Of a stretch of DNA of 64,000 nt, positions 1 to 15,242 are shown piece by piece. The DNA is from the human T2T-CHM13v2.0 reference genome, Homo sapiens: assembly GCF_009914755.1 (NCBI RefSeq), contig NC_060926.1, one strand, 5' to 3'. The first letter of the stretch is position 1. Each line of letters begins with the position of its first letter. Position numbers and translations under genes: made by a program. Under the pieces are notes generated by a model, which had not been told where the DNA came from, did no database searches, and saw only the letters and a program-made list of their open reading frames with translations.

Positions 1-38
1 TTACAGGCGTGAGCCACTGCACCTGGTTGGAATTCAAC

Positions 39-565
<527 letters not shown>

Positions 566-1390
566 AGGAATTCAACTTTGGAGGCCCCATTTCTCCATTC
601 TTTCTTTTCTGGGTTTGTGGGGCTATATTTCCCTTTCCTCTCTTCCTAATATAACTTTCCATACCTCAGCTGCCTCCCTGGCGCCAGGGCTGCCATCCCA
701 GCAGGCCAAGAGGCAGACCGCTCTGCAGCGTGATGTGTTTTTTATGTTTCTGGCCATCTTTCTAGTCTTCTGCACAAGTGGAGTGTGTGAGGGGAACCCC
801 TGCAGGAGAGTTACTGAGGACTACAGACTCTACTTCTTGCAGGTTGCCCTGCTGGGGAATCAGGCATTGGTCTCAGTCAGCTGGATGGGGCTGGGATCTA
901 TTTTCTATTTCCAGGTTCCCAGCGCGCATGTTCTTGTTTCCTGATGGTGCAACACTGAGGCTCAGCTATATGGCCGGGGAGATCTGTGAAATAAATGTGG
1001 GCATTTCATGTCATGTCTGGAAATTCCTGTGGAACTCTGGAGAGTGCCCCCAAAGTGAATAAAAATCAACATAGTCCTCTAATAATGTAATCTGTCCTCA
1101 TAGGAAGCACTTCAGAGAATATTTTCAAACAAAGGTAAGATCTGAATAAAGTGAAAAGTGCTACTTTTATGCCCATTACCTGATGGACTGCTCACCAGTT
1201 CCAGAAGTCCTCCAACTATGGGAACACTGTCATGAGAACATGAAAATAAACCATACTGATTAATCTTGAATGAAACCTAACTCTTAAGTTTTGACTCCTC
1301 CCCCTCAAAAAGTACCTAGTGAATCTGTTTGAACAAAAATGAAATCAAAATTTAATTTGAGAAACAAATATATAAACATGAAAAAGTTTA

Positions 1391-1560
<170 letters not shown>

Positions 1561-1676
1561 AAGAGGAATATGATGAAATAATTCCTCATCTAATCTCTGT
1601 CCCCTATTCCCTTGTTTCTCTCCAGGAAGTATTGTTAACAATTACTTAAGTATCTATACATGGCACTGGCATAGAC

Positions 1677-1680
<4 letters not shown>

Positions 1681-1718
<38 letters not shown>
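1681..1718 (+). repeat. (CA)19 microsatellite
   Basis: perfect CA run. Confidence 0.97.
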
Positions 1719-1722
<4 letters not shown>

Positions 1723-2109
1723 GTATGTGTATACATGTATGTATATATGTATATATCACATATCCTTTTTATTATTGTGAATGTCTTTATACATACAAGA
1801 GAATCTATTGTATAAGTGATGAACAAAGATTATGACCAACATGAACATTGTTGAATGTCATGGTCCTAGAAACAGAGGACATGGGCAAACTGAGAAGAGT
1901 TTAATAAAATGACTATTTACAAAATTGCAGGCAGGTTTAGAGAAATCAATAAAGGATAGTGCAGTACTCAGACACTTACCCAGATTTTGTGGGACCTAAT
2001 GAATATTCAGTTTTTAGAAACTTCTTTAAGAAAAAGCATGTACTTCTTTAAGAAAAAAATGCAAAATTATGACACAAAAGTAGGTGCAAGAATAAAATTA
2101 AATAGCTGG

Positions 2110-2590
<481 letters not shown>

Positions 2591-2771
2591 AATGAATTAG
2601 AATGAGAAAGCACATCAAACCAAATTTCTAAGACTATAAATATCAAAATTGTCATAAAATATCATAAAGTATCAAATACGATAAAATCTAGATAATATCA
2701 TCATATCACGATTAATCACCTGTCTTTAATACTTTTTTCCATATATATATTTTTTTGTTTTTGCTATGTCC

Positions 2772-2966
2772 TTTTTTTTTTCTTTTTTGAGACAGAGTGG
2801 AGTGCAGTGGTGCGATTATAGCTCACTGCCACCTCAATCTCCTGGGCTCAAGCAATCCTTCCACCTCAGCCTCTCGAGTAGTTAGGACTACAGGTGCATG
2901 TCACCACTCCCGGCTAATTTTTTATTTTTTGTAGAGACACGGTCTTACTATGTTGCCCAGGCTGGA
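2772..2966 (-). mobile_element. AluJ-type fragment
   Basis: poly-T, GGAGTGCAGTGG...CTGGGCTCAAGCAATCCTTCCACCTCAGCC...TATGTTGCCCAGGCTGG. Confidence 0.85.
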
Positions 2967-3269
2967 TATGTACTCTTTGATCATTGCTTTACATGACATC
3001 GGTATCATTCTCTAAAGAAAGAATGGCAAGCTAAGTTAGTCTTTCCTCTAGATGGTCTCTTTCTGGATTCTCTATTCTGTTCAATTGGTCTGCAAATATC
3101 TCCCTACAAGAGAATAAGAATAGTTCAGAGGAACAATTGAAAAGACAAATCATAGCACATATACTGCTGAGCATTGGTCAGAGGCACCATTTTTTAAGTG
3201 CAAAGATTAGGGCATTTTACAAAGCTAAGCAAACTCTCAGTTCACCTTCCACGCATAAGAATGATTTTG

Positions 3270-3432
3270 TCGTCAGGGTCACAGCTCCTGCCTGTAATCC
3301 CAGCTACTTGGGAGGCTGAGGCTAGAGGACCCCTTGAACCCAAGAGGTCAAGGCTGCATTGAGCCATGATCGCACTACTGCCCTCCAGTCTGGGTGACGG
3401 ACTGAGACCTCATTTCTAAAAAACAACAAAAA
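3270..3432 (+). mobile_element. Alu right monomer (FRAM/AluJ)
   Basis: CCTGTAATCCCAGCTACTTGGGAGGCTGAGG...GAGGTCAAGGCTGCATTGAGCCATGATCGC plus A tail. Confidence 0.8.
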
Positions 3433-3439
3433 GAACGTT

Positions 3440-4005
3440 TTTTTCACTTCCTTATTACCAAGTACTTCAGTGGCTCCTGATCCCTTCAGATAACATCTAA
3501 ACTCCTCTTCGTGGCAAATGAGACTCTCCATCCTCTGATTTCTTTTTACCTGTCTGGCCCCATCCCTCACTATTTTCCTACCACCACACCTCCACCTGTT
3601 CCACACAAGTTTTACTCCAGTAGCACTCAGCTATCTGGTTCCAGAGCATGCTATGCTCAGTCCCATTCCTGAAGCTTTGTATACAATGTTCTCTCTACTT
3701 GGAACACCCTCCCCAGCTTGTCCACCTGGCAAATCCACCCCGTGTCTTCAAGTCACAGATAAAATACTGCTTCTTCTGTGAAGCCTTTCTTGATCCCCTC
3801 AGACTCATTCAGGTTTTCTTCTCCTTTGTCACAATCCTACTGAAGCAATAATCTTACTGTAATGCAACTGTTTGCAGGTCTGTCTCCTCACTAGTCTATA
3901 CATTTCTGCAGATCATGAACTGAGACTTCATCCTTGTATGCCAGGCACTCAGCACAGGGCCTGGTACACAGTAGGCACTTAATAAGTATGTTTTAAATGA
4001 ATGAG
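3440..4005 (+). mobile_element. L2 LINE 3' fragment
   Basis: typical L2 3' end GCACAGGGCCTGGTACACAGTAGGCACTTAATAAGTATGTTTTAAATGAATGA. Confidence 0.75.
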
Positions 4006-4103
4006 CTTAAGCAACTTACATATGCTTACTGCTATGCTAAAATGTTCTCTCATGTTATGCTTACAACAACCCTATGAAAAAGTATTATTCTTATTTTGGG
4101 GGG

Positions 4104-4915
4104 GTGATTAGAATATGCCACCCCAAAATATGAACTTTTGCATAAGGATTATTTTGAGCTGAAAACAGTTGAGAAGCAGCACATGCCAAGAAGTATCTCT
4201 GCCCTCCTCCCTACTTGCCTAAAAGTAGGACGTAAATTTCCATTTGTGCCAGGTTTGGCGGCTCACACCTGTAATCCCAGCATTTTGGGAGGCCGAAGCA
4301 GAAGACTCACTTGAGGCCAGGAGTTTGAGACCAGTCTGGGCAATATAGCGAGACACCCATCTCTGCAATTAACAATTTTTTTAATAAAAAAAAATACATT
4401 TGCAAAGGCGTCTCTCTCTCTCTCTCTCTCTCGCATACCAGGAAGAGGAAACTCTTAGACTCATAATCACTAGAGACGAGGAGATAACTCTAGCCCAGAG
4501 ATAGCACCAAAAGGTACCTACATAGTAAACCCTAATAAAATAACTCCTATTTTCCATTAGTTTCTCTCCACATATTTACCTCCCCACAATTTGTCACTCC
4601 AAAAGCTTAAACCCCTTTTCCTTCGTTTTGCCACATCTCTACAAATACACCATTCTTCGTTACGATGCTACATAACAACTACTCCTGCAAACTACTCATC
4701 ACTGAGTAGTTTTTATGTAGCATCTTTGTTACGATGCTACATAACAACTACTCCTGCAAGTTACACTCATCACTGAGTTTCTCCCAAATGCATGTGCATT
4801 GCACACATTCATAAGCTCTGTTTTTCTCTTGTTAACCTGTCTTTTGTCAGTTCAATTTCTAGGTTCCTAACTGTAGAACCTAGGAGAATAGAAGAAAAGT
4901 GGTTTTTTCCTCTGC
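4104..4915 (+). mobile_element. ERV1 solo LTR, MER34-like, interrupted by an Alu monomer (~4249-4395) and inserted in a MIR
   Basis: start AGAATATGCCACCCCAAAATATG...CATAAGGATTATTTTGAGCTGAA resembles recalled MER34-group LTRs; end TTTTCTCTTGTTAACCTGTCTTTTGT...GAAAAGTGGTTTTTTCCTC. Confidence 0.65.
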
Positions 4916-5149
4916 AGTTTACAGATAAACAAACTGAACCTTAATGAGTTTAAGTAATTTGTCTGTAGAATTTCAACCCAGTTCTGTCTAATGCTAAAAA
5001 TTTATGCTGTTTGCTACATTATGCTGTTTGTCTAAGCAGGTAAATTGTGTCGTTTCAGTAGCACTTAAGCTAGCTGCATATGGCATGGCTGATCCAACTT
5101 TTTCTGAAATAATAGACTGCTCTTCTTTCCCTGAGAGATCAAAACCCCC

Positions 5150-5680
5150 ATTATGTGTCTGCCCCATCCACTCCCACTGAAATTGTTCTTTTCAAGGTCT
5201 CAAGTGATCTCTTTGTTGCCAAATCTAATGACCATTTTTCTCTTATCTTTTTTGACTCTCAATAGTTTCCCACAAAGTTGACCGCTCTCTTTGTTCTGGA
5301 AATAATGTTCTCTCTCAGCTTTTGTGACAAACCATTCTCTTGGGTGTTTTTTTTTTTCTTGCCTCCCTGGGCACTCTGTCTCAATTCCCTTTTCTGGCTC
5401 TTCCTTCTCTTCCCTACCTCTAAATACTGGGCTTCCTCAGAATGAGGTCTTGAACCAGCTCCTCTTCTCTGTCCACCTCCTGCTGTAGGTGATCTCACCC
5501 AGGCCTGGGAAATTAAATGACATCCATATGCTGTTTGCCATTAGTATATCTCCAGCCAAGAAGTCTGCTTACGCTCACATGTCCAACTAACTACTTGATA
5601 TCTCTACTTGATTGTTTCATTAGTACATCTTTAAAATCTCATTGGGAACTTAATTTCTCCTCTTAAAGACATCCCTCTCC
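5150..5680 (+). mobile_element. L2 fragment
   Basis: pyrimidine-rich L2 ORF2-like sequence (CACTGAAATTGTTCTTTTCAAGGTCTCAAGTGATCTC...TATCTCCAGCC...ATATCTCTACTTG). Confidence 0.65.
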
Positions 5681-6165
5681 CAGTGTTTCAGTTACTATTG
5701 CTATGTGACAAACCACTTCCAATCTTCATGTGTCAGGACCCCAGACAGGGTACAGTGGGAATGACTTATCTTGACTCCATAGTAGCTGAATCCTCTGCTG
5801 GGAAGACTCGGAGGTTGGGGTTGCCTTAACAATAGGGGCTGCAATCATCTGAAGGCCTCTTCATTCACACATCTGGTGGTCAATGCTGGCTGCTGACCGG
5901 GACCTTAGCTGGGACTGCTGAATGGAACATTTACACTTCATGTGACTTGGATTCCTTCATAGCGGGGCAGTCTCAGGATAGGTGGGCTTCCTTATTTTTA
6001 TTTATATGAGGTCTCACTCTGTTGCCCAGGCTAGAATGGGAATGCAGAGGTGTGATTATGGCTCCTGCAGCTTTGAACTCCTGGGCTCAAGTGATCCTCC
6101 CTCCTTCGACTTCCTAGTAGCTGGGACTACAGGTGTGAGCCACCGTCCCCAGCTGAGGTGGACTT

Positions 6166-6780
<615 letters not shown>

Positions 6781-6965
6781 GAGATGGACTTCTTATGTGA
6801 TAGACCATGCAATGTCCTAGCAGACAAGACAGAGGCTTCCCATGTCCTTTTATGATCTAAATGTGGATGTCCCGGGGTTGGTTCCACTGCTACTCTATTG
6901 GTAGAAGCAGCCACACGCATGCCCAGAGTCAAGAGAAGGAGGTGTAGAGATTCCCTCTTGGTGGG

Positions 6966-7391
6966 TATATTAGTCTGTTCTCACACTACTATAAAGAAAT
7001 ACCTGTACCTGAGACTGGGTAATTTATAAAGAAAACAGGTTTGATTGGCTTATGGTTCCACAGGCTATACAGGAAGCATGGCAACATTTGCTTCAGGGGA
7101 GGGCTCGGAAAGCTTCCAGTCATGGCAGAAGGCAAAAGGCGAGTGAAGAGCTTCACATGGCCAGAGCAGGATGAAGTGCTGGGGGTGGGGTAAGGTGCCA
7201 CACAGTTTTAAACAAGTAGAACTCATGAGAACTCACTCAGTGTCAGGAGAGCCTCGCCAGGATATGGTGCTAACCCATTCATGAAAGACCACCCCCATGA
7301 TCCAATCACCTCCCACAAGGCCCCACCTCTGACACTGGGGATTACAATTCAACACAAGATTTGGGTGGGAACACAGATCCAAACCGTATTA
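6966..7391 (-). mobile_element. MST-family MaLR solo LTR
   Basis: TATATTAGTCTGTTCTCACACT...ATCCAATCACCTCCCAC...ACAGATCCAAACCGTATTA; near-TSD GTGGG/ATGGG. Confidence 0.85.
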
Positions 7392-7419
7392 ATGGGATAA
7401 ACAGCACAAGTCACTATCA

Positions 7420-8012
7420 CCTGGTACCAACTAACTGGTCTTACTGCTTCCGTATTTGTCCTCCTCCAATACATTTTTCATGTAACAGCCAAAGTGATCT
7501 TACTAAAATATGACTAACCTTATTCTCTGCCTTAAAAGCCACTAATGATTTCCCAATGCACTCAGAATAAAATCTTAATTTCTTGTCCCTGCAACCTCAT
7601 CTACTATCACTCTTCCCTTGACTCAACCACTGTAGAGCATGCCTCTTCTTTTCTACTTCATAGGTTTGTACTTGCTGTTCCCTTTAACTGAAATACTCTT
7701 TCCTTCCTTGTCACTGCTTTTCATCCATAGGCCTAGCTTTTTCTCACTCAAGACTTGCCTCTCATGGCCTGACCACTCTGACTAAAGGGACCTTTACTCA
7801 ATTTAGTCAGCTTTTTATTCACTCTTCATCACCCTCTTTTTTTTCTTCAGAACTCTTCAGAATCTGTAAGTATAATATTTATCTGCGTACTTGTTTATTT
7901 GGGACTCTCTCATTAGAATGTAAACTCCGTGCGGGTCTTATTAACTAATTTTATCCCCGGCACCTACCATAATCCCTGGCATACAGTAGATGCTGAGAAA
8001 ATATTTTTTGAA
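7420..8012 (+). mobile_element. L2 3' fragment
   Basis: CTCAGAATAAAATC...CATTAGAATGTAAACTCC...CCTGGCATACAGTAGATGCT. Confidence 0.7.
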
Positions 8013-8019
8013 TATAACA

Positions 8020-8020
<1 letters not shown>

Positions 8021-8072
<52 letters not shown>

Positions 8073-8092
8073 CAGAGAGAGAGATAGATAGA
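8021..8092 (+). repeat. (TAGA)13 tetranucleotide STR with degenerate GA extension
   Basis: perfect TAGA x13 at 8021-8072. Confidence 0.95.
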
Positions 8093-8568
8093 TGATCTAG
8101 TCATTCAATGGCAGCAAAAGAAAAGACATTTCCTCCTGAGTGTCTCTTTAGCCAAGAAAAAAATTTCCCTTAAGAAGTCCTTCCCCTTGAGAACCCAGTT
8201 CTAATTCCCAGTCTTTTTGAGATTCCGGACATCTGATTCAGGCCCTGAAATGGACCTGGCATCTTGGATCACACTGTTCCTGGAGGAGGCATGTTCATCA
8301 AATTATCAAAACAATGTCACCTGCATTCACTTAGAGGCAATGACATAATTAACCTTGCTGGTTTCTGAAGCTCATAGAGGGCTGTGATGGGTTTCCTAGG
8401 ATCCCCGTTTTCTTTCAGACATCCATTTGCAGCCAGATCTGACCATCCACTTGTAGGTCATCCTTTCTGCAATCATCCTGCAATTCCAAACATTCAAAGA
8501 CACAGACAATGGTTTACAAACACTTTGGATTTGTTACAACAACACATTCATGCTTTTTCATACCCCCT

Positions 8569-8609
8569 CATCTATGAGCTATAGGCATCTATGAGCTATA
8601 GGCATCTAT
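8569..8609 (+). repeat. perfect 17-bp tandem duplication
   Basis: CATCTATGAGCTATAGG x2 plus CATCTAT. Confidence 0.95.
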
Positions 8610-9713
8610 TTGATTTTGCTCATCTAAAGAGAATCACAATGAAGTGATTTTGAAAGCATTTTGAGACTTTTGCCAATTCCTTTAAGCTTAGTAAACAGCC
8701 TCAGGTGTCAAAATGCCAGCACTCCAAATCACCCATCTAAAGATCTCTTGACAAGCTCATTAATACTAAAGGTTGGTTTGCCATTTCATTTGGTCTTATC
8801 AAGATGTTATTTTCTCCCCCTTTTATTCACACTGGATCTTCAGCCAAGGAAATGTGCTCCCAGTTTCCCTTCAAGGAAGATTTTTCTTTTGTTGTTTTTC
8901 ACTGCACTTCTTTTTCTTCGTTTATTTTATTTTTTCTTTTCTTGCTATAGCTTGCCATGTTGCCTCTATGTTTTATTCTTAAGATGGTATTTAAGCCTTT
9001 TATATCCTGCTACCTTTATTGATAGCAAAACGGAAGTTTATGTGTCTTTTCCCCTTGAAACTCAGGAAGGATTTGTCAAGTGTGACTTTTTAAGGAAAAA
9101 AAAAAAAATCAACTGTATCTGTTTGGCAAAGATTCGCCACCACACTTGCAATTCTCCTCTCCAGTACTTTCCTGGGACTGACAGTTTTTTGGTCTATTTC
9201 ACTGGCTGCTGTAACATGTTCCCTTATACTGGCTCATTCCCAATGGTTTGGTAGCAAGTCAGATGAATGAGTCATGGTGAACTGGGAAGTAATGTCAACA
9301 CTCAGAGCCCTTCTCACTCTCCCTCCAGGCTGGCATAGGCCACCTCACATTCTTTACATGTTACAAAGAGCCAGGTAACTGATTCTAACACCTTTTCACC
9401 CATCTACAAGTGGAAATTGTGCAACCTCTGTGAGCACACAACAGGGCTGAGACATCTGGAATTTTTCTGCTATTCCTTTCCCCTTGGAGAGTTTACACTG
9501 TATTAAATTTAACTTTTCTGATAGCTAAAGAATAGTTTTAGAGTTAGGAAAAAGAGAGAATGAATGTTAATGAGCAACATTTTTACCAGTTCTCTGCAAC
9601 ATTACCCAAATCATTCAACTATCTTATTGCTAAAAAGAACTCTACCAACTTTTCGGGTGGAAATCCTTTGGACTGGTGCCTGATACACCAACTTTGAGAA
9701 CAATTTAATGTGA

Positions 9714-10065
<352 letters not shown>

Positions 10066-10992
10066 GATGGGGCAAATGTTTTACTACATCAGATACTTTG
10101 TCTTTAGTCAACCGATTTTTTTCTTTTTTTTTTTTTGAAGACAAGGTCTTTTTGAACATTTTATTTTCTTCTAAGTACTCCCTGAAAGTATTCTGTTTTG
10201 CAGTGTTCTTCATAATGCTCCATCTGTCCTGGATTTTTAGAAGATTTTTTTTTTAAATCCCCTCAGAAAATTCAATGAAAAAAGGTAAAGGCTTTACTGC
10301 CAGTAGATTTTTGTTTCTCTTCTTTCTGGGAAAGAGCCAGTTTGAGCTTAAAAATAGACCTGAGAAATATCTACAGCTTGAGAATCATTCAACCCTCTAA
10401 TATTTGCTCTAGAATAAAAAGGAGAGTTGATACATCTGATCTCAAATGATCCCCATCGTTATCACCTTTTTATTTCAGATCAAATAATTCACCACAGCAG
10501 CCTCCTGGTGAAGCAAATTCCATTATGTTAACCACCTGCTCTCTCTTATTTTTAATTTATACTGACAAAAGAGAGAAGGTGGGAATTTAGGTCATTCCAA
10601 GTGTCCCATGTTTAACATTCATCAATTGATGCTGTTTATTATTTATTACCAATGGCAGTTACTGCGATCCTAACACCAGATATCCACTGGGATAAAAATA
10701 GTGTGGCAATAAAAAGGAATGACTTATTTTTAAAGTTTTCCTTTTTAAAAAAATTATTGATTACAATTGACATAATAAAATTCACAATATTTAAGTGTAC
10801 AATGAAAGTGTTTATCATCAGCTGATAAATCTGGAAGTGTTGCTGCTTGAATTTTTAATGACAAATTAGAGTTGTTGATACGAATACATTGGTATTTGGA
10901 TGTACTTTCAGGGTCAATGTTAAAAGACATTTTAATATGATTTGGATGTTTTGCCTTGGAAGCAGTTCATCTATGCATACAAAATCAATCCT

Positions 10993-11172
10993 TTTTTTGT
11001 TTGTTTGTTTTTAGAGACGGATCTCCCTATGTTGCCCAGGCTGGCCTGCAGTGGGGTTATTCACAGTTATGACCATAGTACACTGGAGCCTCAAACTCCT
11101 GGGCTCAAATGATCCTCCTGCCTAAGCCTCCAGAGTAGGTGAGACTATAGACACACACTACCATGCTGGGCC
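10993..11172 (-). mobile_element. FAM-like monomer
   Basis: GCAGTGGGGTTATTCACAG segment (reverse of the FAM motif). Confidence 0.7.
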
Positions 11173-11203
11173 AAAATCAACTCTAAAGAAACTGTGGGTA
11201 AAT

Positions 11204-11518
11204 TTCTTTTCTTTTCTTTTTTATTTTTTTGAGACAGGGTCTCATTCTGTCACCCAGGCTAGAGTGCAGTTGCACAATTACCGCTCACTGCAGCCTCGAA
11301 CTCCTGGGCTCAAGCTATCCTCCTGCCTCAGCTCCTGAGTAACTGGGACTACAGGTGTGTGGCACCACGCCCAGCTAAATTTTTTTTTTTTTTTTTTTGG
11401 TAAAGACAAGGTCTCACTACGTTGCCCAGGCTGGTCTTTAACTCCTGGGCTCAAGTGAGCCTCCTGCCTAGGCCTCTCAAAATGTTGGGATGATAGGCGT
11501 GAGCCACTGCACCTGGCC
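11204..11518 (-). mobile_element. AluJ-type element
   Basis: CTCCTGGGCTCAAG in both arms; dimeric structure. Confidence 0.88.
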
Positions 11519-11589
11519 TCGCTCTCCTTCTTAAATAAGTTTTTCCTCTTTTCCTTGGGAACTTAAAGTTTTGATGTAATTTTATCTTT

Positions 11590-11800
11590 AAATTTTCATT
11601 TTTATTTTAGATTCAGGGGGGTCCATGTGTAGGTTTGTTACAAGAGTATGTCATATGGGGCTGGGGTTTGGGCTTCTTTCTATTGGTCCCATTACCCAGA
11701 TAGTGAACATAGTCCCCAATAGGAAGGTTTTCAGCCTTGCTCGCCTTTCCTCCTTTTGGAGTCTCCAGTGTCTATTGGTCCCATCTTTATGTCCACATGA
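11590..11800 (-). mobile_element. L1 3'-end fragment (old primate L1PA/L1PB-like)
   Basis: TTTTAGATTCAGGGGGGTCCATGTGTAGGTTTGTTAC...CCCAGATAGTGAACATAGT...GGAGTCTCCAGTGTCTATTG. Confidence 0.75.
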
Positions 11801-12721
11801 ATCCAATTATGTAATTTTAAGCTTACAGAAAAGCTGCAAGAATAGTGCAAAGAACTCCCATATACTCTTACTCAAATTCACCAATTTTTATTTTTACTCC
11901 AACTTAAATAAATTTAACATTTAGTTTTTTATTTGAGAAAAAAAAAATTAAGGTCTAGCTCTTTCCAAAGTTTGTATTTCCATTTATCTCTAGCCTAACT
12001 GGTAGAAAAATAGCAATTAATAGCACTGTTTTACAGCAAGGGAGACTGAGACACAGAGAAGTCTAACAGAACTCTGGGGTCCAGCACCACCTATGGCCAA
12101 CATAAGGAAGCCAGTCACCACTCAGCTCTGCAGTCTAGCTTGGCAACCTCTAGCCTGACCTCTTCCTGGGATCCCTGGCTCCTATACAAAGCCCTTGCTC
12201 CTGACCCTTAGTTTTGATGACTGACATTACCCTTATTGTCCCAATCTTCGATGCGCCTTTTGCCTTTGGCCATTCTGGAGATCACCACACACTCAATTCA
12301 GCCCACTAGGGACTTTACCCTGTCTCAGCCCTTAATAGCAGGCAACTTAAAAAGTAGTAGTATTGTCAAATATGCACAACTAGGGATCCCAGGTGTCCTA
12401 GCACCTAGAATCATAGAATCAAGAAACACTGGCACTGACGTGACCATGAAATCATTCGGCACAACTCTTGTATCACATGAGGACACTGAGGCCCCAAGAG
12501 ATTTAATATTTTGTCAGGGTCACATAGTGAAGTGAGCTGGTAGCAAAGGCATGGCTAAAATTCTAGTTTTATGATTTTTTAAACAACATACTGCTGCCTT
12601 GTTTTTATTATTATTAACAATTAATCACATGTAAAACAGTATGGCAGTCACTCCAAAAATTAAACATAGAACTACTAGCAATTCTACTTCTGGTATATAC
12701 CTCAAAGAATTGAAAGTATAG

Positions 12722-13763
<1,042 letters not shown>

Positions 13764-13829
13764 TCTTCTCAGTTTTTTGTAAACTAGAACTATTCTAAAA
13801 AATAAAATATATTAATAAAAAATTTAGAT

Positions 13830-14408
13830 TCCCTAAGCAACCTAAGTGTCCATTAACAGACAAATGGGTAATGAAAATGTGGTACATATACATGATGAAG
13901 TATTATACAGCCATGAATAAAGAATAAGATCCTGTCATTTGCAAAAACATGGATGGAACTGGAGATCATTATGTTAAGTGAAATAATCCAGGCACAGAAA
14001 GACAAACTTCACATAATCTCACTGATTTGTGGAAACTAAAAATTAAAACAATTGAACTCATTGAGATAGAGAATAGAAGGTTGGTTAACAGAGGCTGGAA
14101 TGGTAGTCAGAGGCGGGGTGGAGTGTGGGCATGGTTAATGGGTACAAAAATATAGTTAGAATGAATAAGATCTAGTATTTGATAGCACAACAGGGTGACT
14201 ACAGTCAACAATAATTTATTGTACATTTAAAAATAACTAAAAGAATATAATTGAATTGTTTGTAACACAAAGGATAAATGCTTTAGGTCATAAATACCCC
14301 ATTTACCCTGCTGTGAGTATTATGCATTGCCTGTCTGTACTAAAATATCTCATGTATCCCATAAATATATATATACCTACTATGTACCCACAAACATTTT
14401 AAAAAAAC
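13830..14408 (+). mobile_element. L1MA-type 3' end
   Basis: AAGCAACCTAAGTGTCCATTAACAGAC...CATGGATGGAACTGGAG...GATAGCACAACAGGGTGACTACAGTCAAC. Confidence 0.85.
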
Positions 14409-14584
14409 TTTAGATACCCAAACCAAACTTCTAGAGATAAAAATACATCTGAGATGAAAATACACTGGATGTATTGTGCCATTGGATGTGAATGTAAGTG
14501 CCATTGCATGGAAATAATGGTAGATTAAACAATGCAGAAGAAAAAATTATGGATTTTGAAGACACAGCAATAGAAAGTTCACAA

Positions 14585-15124
14585 GGAGCTGCCTCCACCG
14601 TGGGCCTGTGAGAATCGAGGCCCTCGCCAGTGTACTCATGTATCAAAACCAGTTCACGGCCCGGTACCAGTGGATGTTGGTGGTCTATGGGATCAGTTGG
14701 TGATCTATGGGATTGGCACCCGGTCTCTGGTGGGCTCAATGGTTTACTTTGGCCAGAAAATGGCGAAGTTGTCAGGTGATGAAGTACAGCAAAAGGATGG
14801 CTCAACAAGTGAAGTACCCAGTGAACTATCTGAACCCCCAAAAGGGTTTTATGTGGAAACAATTGTCACAGATAAGGAAGATTTTGTTCCAATTACTGAA
14901 AAGATCCTCAACAACTGGAAATCATGGACTGGTGGCCCTGGTGCAGAACCATGACTGGCTACTGAATTCTGAAAACTAAGACTTGGTTCAACATTTAAAT
15001 TTGATAGATGCCTTGATTCCCATTTTGTGTTTGTGAAACGCATATATATTTAATTTTGCTGTAAAACATAATCACTAATAATATGCAATAAATCTTTTCT
15101 TGAAGGAAACTAAAAAAAAAAGAA
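14585..15124 (+). pseudogene. processed pseudogene (retrocopy) of SMIM26 / LINC00493 microprotein gene
   Basis: ATG 14638 gives MYQNQFTARYQWMLVVYGI; second frame gives ...KDGSTSEVPSELSEPPKGFYVETIVTDKEDFVPITEKILNNWKSWTGGPGAEP* (stop ends 14954), matching recalled SMIM26; intronless, AATAAA 15087-15092, A tail from 15112, TSD AGAAAGTTC(A/T)CAA 14572-14584 / 15125-15137; 20-bp duplication frameshift. Confidence 0.92.
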
Positions 15125-15242
15125 AGAAAGTTCTCAATGAAACAGAGGGAGAAAAAAAGTCTAAAAAAAAAAACAGTTTCAATAAGCAGTGGAATAAGTT
15201 TAAGTAGCCTAATATATATGTAATTGAAGTCCCAAGACAGAG

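Noticed and set aside
4659-4780. Repeat-spacer-repeat pattern resembling a mini CRISPR
   Set aside because: Only two copies, the spacer is an inverted copy of the repeat, primate LTR context, no cas genes
8661-9254. 197-aa hydrophobic + strand ORF
   Set aside because: Starts at TTG; F/L richness reflects T-rich composition (antisense of an A-rich tract); no motif or splice support
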